From NCBI GenBank assembly GCA_973895155.1, contig OZ316893.1, forward strand, positions 5,098,171 to 5,162,170: 64,000 nucleotides of DNA. The letters run 5' to 3'. Both the position numbers and the translations under genes were made by a program. The notes beneath the pieces were generated by a model. The model did no database searches. It saw nothing but the letters and a program-made list of their open reading frames with translations, and was not told where the DNA came from. The DNA is from Marsupella aquatica. Taxonomy: Eukaryota > Plantae > Marchantiophyta. Positions within the stretch are counted from its first letter, which is position 1. Each line of letters starts with the position of its first letter. Positions 24,338 through 37,420 of this stretch are shown piece by piece.

Positions 24338-26768
24338 ATCTTCGAAAAAAAGCTTCCACGCACGAACAACAATCCACACAACCCTCGAAGGCAACGCGCG
24401 CGCAAAAGCTTCGACAACAGAAGCCGAAATAGGTGACAAACGAAGGGAGGGAACAACACAAAACCGGCCTGCAAAGTCCAACCCAAGAAGAACCAACCGT
24501 CCGACCACTGCACAAAGCCGGAGCACGGAATCGCCCAAATGATCGGAGATTTGGAGCGAAGGTTTGAGATTTCGGGGAGCGTCGACGGGCGACGGGCGAT
24601 CTGCTCTACTCTGGCGCGAGATGCGGGGGCTGACAGACGACGACAGAAGAGCCCGGGGAGCGGCTGAGCCCGAGGACGAGGATGAGGAGGAGGTCCAACG
24701 CAATCGGAGAAGAAGAGACTGAGGACGCTCCTTCTAACAAAGGCGAGTTATTAAAGCTCCCCCCGCCCGAGCTGTTCCTCGCGAACAGCCATGCATCCTG
24801 GACTGGACACCCACGTCCCCCATTCCCCCAACCCCAGAGCCCAGTCCCGCCCAACGAACCGACCAACCATCCATCGCGCGGCCCCACTTGGCCTTGATCC
24901 TCACGCCACGGCAACTATGAACAAAAGAAACCTCATTCTTATATATATTTATTTATTTATTTATTTAATATATTTACGTATTTCACTAATCTATCCCCCA
25001 AAATGACTCTTTTTTCTAACCTCTCCCCCCATTTATTTTAATTACATAGTTGAACCCCTTTTGTATAGAGGGTATGACAGACTGAGAATAACTGTCAATT
25101 TGGGAGAAAAGGTAATCAAACAATATATATATATATATATATACTACCAGAAACAATTTGAAGCCCAGTTAGTCCTCCAAGTTGGACACAGTGCTCCCAT
25201 GGATCACATTTTGGTGGTCCTTTGGATTTTTGGGCTTCAGATTATGAGTCTTACTATTATTTTTGGTTTTTCACCTGCAAAGCAACTAGAGAAGGAGGAG
25301 ACATGAACAAACACAAGTCTAATATATTTAATATTAACACAATGAAAATTAATCTAATCTAATTTACCCCTCCACATTCCATGATGAATAAACTCAATCA
25401 AAATAGCCAAAACTTTACTGTCACTTTGGCATAGTAGGGGCATAGTAGGACATGTCGCTTACCTCCTCCACCAGCACCTCCTCAAAGCTAACAAAATATT
25501 TGAATTTGTAAACTTCAGGTTATTACAATTAAGCTCAAATTTTGGGAAATGTGGTTCATGAGGGTTTTAAAAGACCAACATTGTGGTCCGTGTGAGCATC
25601 ATTTTTGCGTCCAACGGGGTGACTGGATTTCACAGACGAGAGATCCAATCAATACTACTACAAACAATAGAAACCTTGAAAATATACATGTACAGTGCCA
25701 AAAACAAAGGGCGCCCAACCGGGAGATAGGATTCCACAAAAGAGAGACACAATCAAGGTGAAGAAACACATGAGACAACAAACCCAACAGACCCAGGCAG
25801 AAGCCCGGCACAACAACACCAGAACAAAGGAGAAACCTAAGTCTTACCTATTGGTAAACTGAAGAGCCTAGTATAGGTCCATAGTGAATTGCATAGGTGA
25901 TCGAGTTAAGCAAAGGAATCCAACTAGAGCCCTAACCTGAACCGCCTCACCCCTATGTTGAATAGGGAATGCCTGAGCCCACTGAAGAGAGACAGACACC
26001 TGCTGTCTAAAGAAAACCATGGAGACCCAAACCTAGGGATAGGACCTTTCCTCAACTTAATGAAGTGTGCAAGATCATAAGAAATAATCAAAGATTTGAG
26101 TGTAGAGCCTCAAAGACCTCCACAACAAAAGCGTACAATAGGTCTTTTGGGTACTGCATGCATAAGCCTCCTCTAGCTTTAAGGTGTGCAACCCTGGCAG
26201 CAGAGCCTCCTCTTTTAAGGTGTGTAACCCTGGCAGCGGTGTGGTCTGGCACATGGCGTGGTGTCACAACATTGGTCCCACTAGTAAGGGCAATGACCAC
26301 AAAATAATTTTGTCCTGTGAATTTATAAGCATCTTTGAGTAAAGATTTGCCATTTCTAAAAGGCGTATCAGAATTTATAAATCAGGGAAAAACAAAGTAC
26401 AATGAAAGGAAAGAAAAATAGATCCAAAGAGGACAAACACTATTTCAGTCTCATAGTATTTTTTCAATAAAAAATGACAGCTGTATTTTGGACCACACAC
26501 TATTTTGGACCGCAAAGAGTTCTGTCATATAAGGTTAAAATATTCTATGCATCCTTTTGAGAGTAGTAGTTATTTCCTAAAATGACAAATAACTAAGAAT
26601 TTATGGAGGACCTAAACTACTGGATTGGGACTAGGGTACTAGTCTGGCTTCCTAACCACAGTATACAATGCTTTAAAAAAAGTGAGAACAGGAGAATAAT
26701 AGTGAGGCCCTCATGCCACTAGTCTTTGTGAAATTTCAGAGCTGATTTCCAAGCATATGGTGTAAACA

Positions 26769-28966
26769 TTTTTTTTTTTTAAAAAATTTCAAACAAGGCA
26801 GAAACCCCAAACCGCCCACCCAGCGACAAAAGCCCCCCGGGCAGGAACAAACCGCGGCCAACGGAACAGCAAGCCAAGAACGCGCCAACTAATCAGGCAA
26901 GGGGCCAAAAACTGCCAACTGGTCCAGTTCCACTCATTCCCCCGATCATCTTTACCTCTAATCCTAGTGTTCCTAGAGCTACAATTTCTCTCACTCCTAG
27001 CGCCCCACCCGTGATAAGAGCAATTAATCCGCGTGTTCTGTCTGTAATGGCCCATATAAGTCTCGTCACACCAGTGTCCAGGAACCCAAAACTCACTCAT
27101 CCTCTCCATCATTCACATCCGAGCCAAGAGAGACAGGACTACCAGTCTATTCCCAAGGTTTAAGAACAGTCATTAATTGATCAGTGACGGTTCTAATCTG
27201 TTTGCTTTTCCTTTCGGAAATGCAGTTGTCCTGCATAGTCTTCAGATGTTGAGCAGTGTGTCGTAGGATCACCCATCCTGGGGTTCTGCCCAAGAACTGG
27301 GAATAGGTGGCGGCGTTGCGTTCCTTCCAAATGTTGTTGCAGAATTCCATGATCAGGATCAGGCGGCCAGGTTTGCACTTATGTGTGTGGATGGCATTAC
27401 TGATGGCGTTGAACAGGGAAGTAATAGGGAAGCTGAGGGCGATGGAGTGTTGGACAAGGGTGTGTACCTCCTGCCATCTAGTATTCACCTTGTTGCAGCT
27501 GAAAAACAGATGTTCAGTGTGCTCAAAACTCATGTTGCATCGGGAGCAGATGCCACTGCAGACCTTCCAGTGGCTGCCCCTCCCGTTGGTGAAGAAACCG
27601 TGGTTGAGTAGTCTCCAAACAAAGAATCTTACCTTGGGAATGGACCAGCCCATCCAGAGTTTTTTCCACTTCACTTGCCAACTCCCTTGAGTACCCAGTT
27701 GTCCCCGTGGTTGTCCCCATCTTCTATTCAGCTTGGTGATGTCCTGTGTCGTGGGGCGGGTGCTCTTGACCCACATTCTGTTCGGGAACCTCCATCCTCT
27801 GTTTTTCCCCTCCCATGTCCACTGCCACGCAGTGCAATCTGCTAAGCTTTGGTTACTCAGTCCGCTGCACTCCCTTAGTCTAGAGTGGAACCTGGTAAAT
27901 GCATCCTGTCCATTAGGTCTGTTGTTCCGTACCCTGGAGTGTATGCCTCTGTGCCCCATCCACTGTGCGGTGTCCATAGATCAGTCAGTTGTTTGATCTG
28001 TCTAGTAGCCAGGTAACGTCTCAAGGCCATGCCTTCCGTATCCGAGATGTGTATGTTGCGAGAGTAGAGCATGACGGTCTGTTCAGTAGTGAGGGAGGCA
28101 GGAAGTTGACCCGTCCCAAAGTTGAATCTGAGATGCTTGCTCTTCTGATTCCATCCTGTCAACAGACTCTTAAGTGTGGGCGATCCTTTTACCGTACGAT
28201 CCTCACACAAGAGCAAAGCTTCCGTTGGAGTCCACTGTCTACGTTCCTTCTTCCCAGCTCCGGTGTTGAGCCCTTTCTTGATGATTTTCTTTGCCATCCG
28301 TACCCACTCTTTGTTCTCTCCCATTAAGATCTTAACAACGTGGCGCATTTTCAAAGCCTGAGCCTGTTCAGTGAATGGTAAAATGCCCAGACCCCCAAGC
28401 TCCTTGGGCATGGTGATGGTCTTCCATGCGATCAGTGCTTTCTTGTGACCCTGGGCCGCGGTGTACCCCCAAAGGAACCTCCGGCACAGCTTTTCAAGTT
28501 CCTTGTATCCCGACGCCTTCAGATCCAGCATCATCAAGTGGTAGGTGGGAATGGCCCGTAGCACATGCTTGAGTAAAATAGCCCTCCCCGCCATCGTCAA
28601 GCTCCGATTGGACCAGTGGAATAGCCTCTTCCTCACTATCCCAAGTAGAAATTCAGTCTCTTGGGAGGGACGAATCTTGTACCCAATAGGGCACCCCTGG
28701 TACTCAATGGTTTCCCCGGGCATAGCGATTTTGCAACCTGTACCAATAAACCAGTCCGGATAAACATCCCCAACCAGATATAGGGGAACGATCCGTGATT
28801 TGTGAATGTTCAGCATGGCCCCAGAGACCTTCTCGTACAAAAGAATAGTGTCACGTGCAGTATTGAACTCTTCTTCGGTGGCTGTTAGAAAAAGGCCTGT
28901 ATCGTCAGCGAATAACTGGTGACAAAGTTTGCTCCCATCCGGCAGAGGCATCCCTTTCAGTTTAGG
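26769..28966 (-). mobile_element. 5'-truncated L1-type LINE (C-terminal RT, zf-RVT, 3' UTR, poly-A)
   Basis: ORF 28951-27875 (HQLFADD, LGGLG) is frameshifted into ORF 27977-27147 (CSRC..E..EHLFFSC, IWKERN). T-run at 26769-26780. TSD GTAAACA(TT) at 26762 and 28967. Confidence 0.93.
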
Positions 28967-29868
28967 GTAAACATTAAACTTGAGTGCATACCATTTATTT
29001 TTAAAGAATCATATTCTCTACCTGAGAATGAAAAATATCAATAATATTCTGGCCTTGTGTTAGGATGTACTAAAATGCAAGATAGTTGATATTTTGCATG
29101 GCAAGGAGGATGGTAGAGTCGTGGTCCTCCTCCCCGTCATAGTCCACTAGAACGATTGCACTTGCAAGACTTCTTCCAGTTCCTCTTTGCTCACTGCAAC
29201 CAAGGGTTTCTCTTCAGTAGCACCAATAGGGTGTCTAAAGCTCTTCAAAACCAGGATAGCATTTTCCATAAATCAATAGTTACATCTTACTTATAAATCT
29301 GCAACTACAAGCTAGAGTTAGGGCCTAGGCTTCTAGAGTAAAGCCTCTAGACAGTAACTCCATGGCTCATCATGTGGAATGATGAAAAAACTGATATCTA
29401 TGATGTATGTCATGTCAAATGATAACCATGACTGCTTTTTGTTATGATTTCTATTTATATTAAAAACTGATCTCTATGGCCCCACCATATTATATGTGCA
29501 TAAGTGGGATGTAGGATAGAAAAACTAGAAATGTGCATAGAAAAGAGTACTATGGTATGTTATGTCTGATTATTAAAATGATGATATGCATGATAATTTT
29601 TTTATCATTTCATTAATCTTCAAAATATGTGAATATGGAATATATTTTGGTGACATTTTTATTGTCCTCCGCTATTCACGTTCAAAGAACGGGTAGTCGG
29701 GGTAGTAAACCTTAATAAGAAGGTTTGTTCACGTAGTACAAGTAACTATGTGGAATTCCTCTTAGGCTGCACGGCAATAAGACTATCTATTGTAGAAGTG
29801 TGGAGGGTTCCTCTTGGGCAGCATGGTCAATAAGACTATTGTAGCTTGTTGATTGACAAAGCACTGTA

Positions 29869-31860
29869 CACTATAATACCCATCCCAATTTTGGGCGTCC
29901 CCTGCTCACAAAAGTATATCTGGGGAGGAATCAATCTCAGCTCTTGGATATAGAGGGCATTTTTTCCAGACCTTTTGATCACCCAAAATTGACTATCTGA
30001 TTCACCATTTGCCTCTAGCCCACACAGTACTTTGCAGCCTGGCAGTGTGTGCCCAGGCTACCTCAACGCCAACGAAAGGATGATAGTGTCCTAACCTTCC
30101 GTCCTTGTGCCCAGCCTGGCCCATAGTTCTACATTCACCGAGGCTTTGGCTATTTTTTCCTGACTAATTTTTTCCCCTCTCTTTTATGACATCTTCTTCT
30201 AGTTCTTTTAATCGAAGGATACATGGCCAACCTCCCCCAAAAAGGTAACCCGAACAATTTTGTTGCTTTTAGAAGGGTGGGGGGTTTTTGGTCTTTGGGG
30301 ATAGGTTTTCTTAATGGCCCATAATTGTTTCCCTCCTATAAGATAGGGTTTTAGGGCTAGATATTGTCCCGGTTATTGTCTGTTCACCGTGGCCCCTCCC
30401 ACCTTGCGTTTATCTTGGAGGATGGGGGGATCTTCTTGGTTGACATCGTGGACCCCAAGGCATGCAAGACTTTGACTCACAACAAGACCATTTTCAAAAT
30501 GACATCAATTACTCCACAACTCTTCTGTTTGACAATACTTTTCAATTTAGTGATCAATTGTGATACACTCTACTTGCTCTTGAACACACTTTTGCTTTTA
30601 AAAATATTTTCACTTCACAACACTTCCTATCTATGACATTGACGCAAAAACAAGATTTGAACACAACAACAACATTTTCAAAATGATAACACTTTTGTGC
30701 AACACCACTTTTGCTTGACAAAGATTTCAACTCAACAAAGATTTTGCTATTCAGGCACAATTTTCCCCCAACAGTAACACTTTCACCTGCATGACAGCAC
30801 TTTTGCTTGGAATAACTTTCTATTCGACAACACGTCCTCTCAATGACTCTTGCAATGACTTTGTGCATTACTCAGGAATTGGGCACAATGATCACGCTGC
30901 AACAACAATCATGCAACACACGCACATTGTGCTATCAAACACTAAGTGAGCGTTAAACAATCCCACCAAAAGTGGAGGATCATTTGCTTACAAAATTAAT
31001 GAAATGCAAGAGAAAAGCCTAGTAATTCACACCAAAAAATGAACCTTTTTGCACTGCGGAGTTTTGTTGCACCAACCTTGGTACTGTAGAGGTTAACTCA
31101 GTCTTGGGTTGAACTATGGTCAGTATATTAACTAGGGTTTGCTCTAACCCTAGTTGAAGAGATTTTTCTTTACCTCTCCAAGTTCTCAAGAGAGCACACA
31201 ACATATAGACTCAGTGCTTGAGAGGAAGAGTTATGGTGATGCTCAAGTAGACACATAACCGTTAATAAACTTTGTCTTCCCATGGACATAGTCGACCTTG
31301 AGGCAAACCACTTAACACTGAGTAAGTGTATGGCCTGGAGTGTTTTCCTAATCAGACAACAACATGATTGCAACAACCCATTGTCACAATGATGACACTC
31401 ACATCATGCAATTATTTGCCTCACCTCAACAGTTTTGTTCCATTCAGGGGTATTGGTGCATTGAACGACAACATGGCCACAATGACATCCAATAACATAG
31501 CCACAACTACCGCATGACCGTGACCAGAGTCATTTGGCCTTGAGACAATTCCCATTTGGGCTAGCTTTCCCCCCTCTTCAATAAAAAGAGGGACTCCCAA
31601 GCACTTAAACTAGAGTTATACCTCCACCCCCCCCCCCCCCCCCTGCAAAAAAAATAATAAATTCTAAAACATCTCCAATTCATAAGGGGTCCCCATGAGC
31701 CCAGTACTGCCCAGATAATAGTTATTATTTGAAGTAACTTATACAGGGTCTAATTTATTTGATAAATAATATTTTTAAATTTAGTCAATTCAATTGAGGG
31801 TGGGTTTACAAGGCGTTGGGAAGGTTTTGTCCATTTCCTGGTAACTTGGGTATAGTAGTG
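29869..31860. mobile_element. Probable decayed non-autonomous CACTA element
   Basis: Ends cactataataccca and tgggtatagtagtg are 12/14 inverted. Flanks GTA and GTC match 2/3 of a 3-bp TSD. Degenerate internal repeats. Confidence 0.45.
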
Positions 31861-32110
31861 GTCTTGGTAAATTGGGTCAAATTTGGCAAGTTGGGCTTGA
31901 TTGTGGGCCAAGTTATGCATGGAATGGGGTCCTTCATATCGAATTGATTTCTGGCACCCAATCAGTGGTTAGCACCTACGGTGGGTGCTAGCCAATGAGT
32001 TCACATGAAGACATCTTCTTGGGTACGGTGACTGGTGCTGAAAAACTTTCTATTGCATCATAGGAGGAGAACTGAGAGTTTTTGAAAAGTTTCATCAAAC
32101 TTTAAACAAT

Positions 32111-32578
32111 TTAGAATATCAAAACACTCTAATATGCAATACTGTTATTTCTGTTTACAAATTGTCATGCGGCCACGGGTAGCCGCCACCTTGGCCATTC
32201 CATATGGTGACATTTGTTCATAAGCAAAAGATGAACCTAAAAGTGCAATGATGGCTGGTCAATTGAACTTGCAAGAAACAGGGATCTCAAAGGCCAAAGA
32301 GATGGTGCAGTGACAGCAGAGGCCAAAGACCCAATAAAGGGGAACTTAGAATATCAAAACACTCTAATATATATAATACTTTTATTTCTGTTTACAAAAT
32401 GTCATGGGGCCCCGGGAAGCCACCTTGGCCAATCCATATGGTGACATTTGTTCATATCCAAGAGAATAAACCCAAAAGTACAATGATGGCTGGTCAATTG
32501 AACTTGCAAGAAACATGGATCTCAAAGGCCAAAGAGAGGGTGTAGTGACAGCATAGGCCAAAGACCCTATGGAGGGGA
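32111..32578. repeat. ~235-bp diverged tandem duplication
   Basis: ttagaatatcaaaacactctaatat...gatggctggtcaattgaacttgcaagaaaca...ggccaaagaccc starts at 32111 and again at 32346. Confidence 0.9.
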
Positions 32579-34599
32579 TAAAACAAGGGTCAAACCAGGG
32601 GAAGAGGATGTGACTTTTAATTCTTTGTTGCACTGTTCAGCACAGTTGCAATGTTTTCTGATACTACTATATATGGTGCATCGTTGTCTCAAATTCCCAA
32701 GTCCAATTTTTTTGACATTATTTTTATGTTAATCCTGGCCTATGATGGGCGTCTTCTTTGTTATTTTTTCTATCTCCAAATTACTTGAACCCCCCATATA
32801 TATATATGAGCCCTATGCCCGAGCTTTGCACGGTGCAATGAGGGCTGGCCCACAGGGCCGGGGGGCTGAGAGGCAAGAGAGGGCAAGTGGTAATCGAATC
32901 AAATGGATACAAAAATACTCTAAAATATTTAACGGCCAGATTTGATTCCCGCCAATTCTGTATTTCATAATGGGACGAAAGACAAAAAAAGGTGGGATCA
33001 CTTATTATAGTTGTAGATGTATCATTTACCATTTCCGTTTTGCAAATATAATTGGACACCCCGCCCCCTCTTATGTTCATTCCTTTCCCTGCCCTCGATT
33101 AAAGAAAAGAAAAGTCACCCAGCACGCGCCTTGAAATTGCCACCTCATAGTCCCAACTGAGCTCCAATACCACTGGGTCACATAGTACTCCTGTGTGCCT
33201 AGAGCAAATCACATGATATTTTATACTAAATTCCTACGACTTTCCGTGGCCTGCAACTGCTGGCCTGTGCCTCCTTACCGCGCAGATCTTGAGGACGGCA
33301 TCAATTTGCCACACTCATTAACACGTAAATTTTCATAATTATTTTATACTTTTTCATTCTTTATACCAAAATTATTTTTGTAAAAACTCTAAAATTGATA
33401 TTATAGCCTAGTACGTTTCACATTGTTTTTAAATAAGTTACAACAATCAAGCATTAGAACAATGAAAACTATATTGCCCTGTTCAGCAAAGTTGGAACTT
33501 AGAACTTATAAGAAACAAGAAGCAAGTTAGAGATAGACAAAGGAGCATGCTCAAGAAGATGATTCATAGTAAGCGTATGATTACATATTTTGGTGGATCT
33601 TGCAATCGGCAGGACTGTTGGAATAATTTGCTCCAAGCATAGCCATAGGCAAAACAACTTGAAGACTGGCTGGGAATTTGAGAGAGCTACCTTGTTGCGG
33701 CACCAAGATCTTATGGGCTTACTAGTTGGGTTTTTCTTGCTGGTTGTTTGCCCTCTGGCAAATGCTCCATTTGTGCTTGTTTGCTAGGTGGGTTTGTTAA
33801 TTGGGTTGCTTTTCCTCTGCCTGGGACCATGTCTTCCGGTTTGACATTTTCGTCATTTGGCACTGTGATATATAAAAGGAGACAATGCATTGAATGTAAT
33901 AGGGGGTCTCAAATATGTTTCCAAGACTATCTTCAGCGGGGCTTGTCCAGTGTCCGTAACTCATTCCACGGGGGAGTTTCACAAGTGACATCTTCGGGGA
34001 CATATTTTCCTCTCCACAAAATTAGCTAGGCCCCCGTAATTCTCAGCCCGTGGTAGGAGGTGGTTGATGCCACCAAACCTATCCTTCACATTTCATTCTG
34101 AAAATGGCCACTACCGCTAACAGGTCCTGGACCTTAGCCCTCAATTTTGAACAAGTGGAAAGTATTGTGCCAAGACATGAATATGTGAGCCCGTATGTGA
34201 GAGGGCATCCATTTTCAAACTTCATTGTTGTGTGGGAGGTGAGTTTGAAAATCAAGATGGAGCTTTGTCATGGAGACACGAGTATGCCAGAGGATTCAAT
34301 CCATGTTCATGGCCTGTTTGATGGCAGAGGACTAATTTTAATTCCTTTACACATAGTGATTCCTCACAGTTCCCCTGCAAGTTCTCACGTCAACTGCAAT
34401 TCCCGCTATGCCTCATTACAGGTCCACACGTTTGTGCATTCCCGGCTTCACCCGCCTACCAGGAAAGGCAGCAACGAGGTCAGGAGGCCAGGGAGAGGGA
34501 ACCAGACAACAGGGACCTAGTTGACTAGGAAATATTATGTTGATTGTGGATTACTTAGAGCTCCAAGCTAGATAATTACCATGCAACTTTTGGGGCATG

Positions 34600-36483
34600 A
34601 CAAAAAACAAGGTCGGGTAACCAATACCAATAAAAAAAAAGTTTGTTTTTACTTTGATGACTGCAATATGAGCAGATTACAATTTTCCTAAGATGTATGG
34701 GGCTAATCTGGCCAAGAGGTTTGGTAGATACCTGGACATGTACAAGAAAACTTTGCTGGTAAAGAATTCTACTGGTGGAGGACTCTTTGAGGAGGAGCTT
34801 CAATGTGGTATGACTCATGACTTCTTTGGATGGTACCGGCCACTCGCTCGTTTTTGTCCTTGCTCTCTTCCTTTGACACCATTGTGATTGAGACCTTTGG
34901 ACACCTCATTGGCCCTGGAGCCCTTGACGGAGAGGATGGTTCTTTTGCTGCTTGGTAGGCTGCCCTGCCGCCTTTTGGTGGTGGCATGGGTCTTTCCTCG
35001 GTTGTTTCCACTGCCCCTTGCTTGTTCCTTGGAAGTTGGGCGCAGGTGGCCCCTGCCCTTGCTTCTCGTTTCCTTGTGGATCTCCAACCCATACTTTTTG
35101 ACCATGTCGTGGGGGTTGAGGAGGGGTCCTTCCTTTCCAGGTTTGCCTTCGCTAGACCTGTTCTCTCCTGCTTGAGGTTTTACTTCATGTTGGTGGTTCT
35201 AGACAGTCCAGATCGTGTTCAACAGGTCATTTCTGATAGCATGCACCGTCACACCCTTTCTAGCATGCTCTTGGACGCACCTTCCGACTTGGGTTGGGCT
35301 CGCCTCCTTTCTTGTGTCGGAACGGGTTCTGGAGATTGGTTGTCTGCTAGTCCTTTGTGGGCCCCCTTTTGTATGAGCTCCTTTCTCTTCACCACATCAC
35401 TACGGCTTAGGTTAGGACTTCCTCAGCCTTGCCTTCTGGCCAACCCACGTGTGTTGGTGGGGCCTCGTTGGATTCATTGGGAGTTCATATTCTCAGGTGT
35501 GCCCATGGGAGCGAGAGGACTATCACCCATGATGACATTTGAGATGTGGTGGCTGCCATTGCCCAGGACTCTGGTTACCATGTCGCCATGGAGTAATGAC
35601 ATGTTCTTCCCCCTCGGGATAGTCTTCCAAACGGTGGCGGGTGAATCTGGTCTTTTCTAGGCCTGGGGTTCGTGCTCTTGGGGATGTGATTGTTGCTGAT
35701 CCTACTGGTGCCGCCCATGTGCCTGGCCATGCTGTAGCCAAGACAGCCCAGCTCAAGGAGGAGGCCTATGCTATTTGCTACCCGGGGGATCTTTTCTACC
35801 CCTTTGCCCTTGAGGTCTTTGGTGCTCTCCACCCTACCTTCTACCAGTTCCTATAGGCCTATGAAGTTTTTTGTATTGAGAGGAGGCCTTTCCCCCCTAT
35901 TTTTGTCCTCACTGCCTTTTTTCGGCAGCGGGTGACTGTGGCTCTTCAGCGGGCTCAGGCATTCACCCTCCTTTGTAGGGCTGAGGCAGTTGGTTTTAGG
36001 GCCTCCCGATAGGTTCCACTTCGGGACCCTCCTATATACGGTTTACTCCAGAGCTCTGCCAGGCTTTTCAGTTCTCCGCCCAATAGGGTGTTAGCCTTCA
36101 TGGCCCCTTTTTGGTTACTTTTTGTTCTTTGTTCCTTTGTTTGCTTTTGGTTGGGGACCCCTTGGCTTGTTTTCTTGGGGCCCTTCCTTTCTTTTCCTCC
36201 CCTTCATTGGGTTGCTCTGCCTTTGGGGTCATGTCTCCCAATTGGGCCTTTTTTGCCCTTGGGCAGTGTGATATATACTCTTGAACATAAGTTAGACAAG
36301 AAGTGCCCTCTCTTTGATAAAATGCAAGCCATTTGTGGGAACGTGCTAACATTCAACCTCCAAGCATTGCTAGCCATAGATGGTTTTTGTGGGTGTGGAA
36401 TTGTTGAGGCCCCTTTTGAAACTAAGGACCCACCAATAGAAAGCAAAGATGACAGGGATGAACCAGATGAGGAGCCTACCTAG
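34600..36483 (+). pseudogene. Remnant of a Myb/SANT-like TE accessory ORF (Harbinger-type), split by the CRE-like insertion
   Basis: RFGRYLDMYKKTLLVKNSTGGGLFEEELQCGMT (to 34815) continues in frame as LEHKLDKKCPLFDKMQAICG (from 36280) once 34817-36280 is removed. Family assignment is from remembered motif resemblance. Confidence 0.5.
34817..36276 (+). mobile_element. Decayed, 5'-truncated CRE-like non-LTR retrotransposon (zinc finger and restriction-like endonuclease end)
   Basis: Across frameshifts: GSGDWLSASP..FTTSLRLRLGLP, HILRCAHG..RT.THD, DVIVADP, K..AY, FYPFALEVFG, FRQRVTVALQRAQA. Ends in a gtgatatat tail. ACTC is duplicated at 34813-34816 and 36277-36280. Confidence 0.75.
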
Positions 36484-36899
36484 CCAACCTGGCGGATGAC
36501 AGGTAAACCCCTACTCCAATCTGCATGCTGTTTTCTTTGGTTCTCATTTATGTTCATACACGTTCCATGGTCTTACTTTACTCTAAAATGCAGATTCCCT
36601 ATTAAAATAAGTACACCCCATCTAAAATAAATATCACTCAAGCTACCCTTTAGCCTGCCCTCACGTGCCCAAAGTAAAAAAATATTAATTAAAAATTAAT
36701 TAAATTCATTTATATTAAATTATCTAAATTTCAATTTAAAAAATTGTGAAAATAACTTTTAAAAATTGGTTAAATTTGTTAAATATAAATAAAATATAGA
36801 AAATATTTCTTTCTCTAAAAACTTAAAACTTGAATAAAACATATTTATTCCCATCACTTGGTTGTTTAAACTCTATAATGCAGTGCCCTTTATCTCACT

Positions 36900-37420
36900 C
36901 TCCAAATTCTATGTGCAACACACATGTTATTGAAGATGACAATAACCATATGGTTGGGGGATCACCACATAACATGCCTCAACAATTACATTGCAAATTT
37001 GATATGTTTTTGCCTTGCTTTGACATTTTTTCTTGCCCCAACATCTTTTTGTGATCTTCAAACATTTATCTTTCTTTAACATCTTTATCTCACCTCAACA
37101 TATTTCTTTTCTCAAGATATTTTTTCCCCTGGCATGACATCTTTTCTTCACCTATGCATTTTTTCTCACCTTGATATCTTATTTTTCTTCACCTGGATAT
37201 TTTTCTCTCACCCTCTACATCTTTTCTCATCTCTCCACATCTGTTCCTCAGCTTTATATTACTTGCCATCTTTTGTCTTCTTGATATTTTTTTCTCACTT
37301 TGATATTTTTTTCTCATCTCTACATCTTTTTTCTCATTGAATTTTTTAAAATTTTAACTTTTCTTTTTAATGTTCACATCTTTTCTCACCGCAAAGCATA
37401 AGCATTGGACTATACTAAGT
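36900..37420 (+). mobile_element. Second decayed copy of the Helitron-like family
   Basis: aacatgcctcaa...gccttgc (36971-37018) matches 4031-4078, followed by the same ttttctcacct units and a degenerate terminus. Confidence 0.45.

Noticed and set aside
24338-24703. 122-aa N-terminal extension of WUN1 from the ORF track
   Set aside because: Starts at TTG, low complexity and UTR-like; family similarity begins only downstream of ~24337
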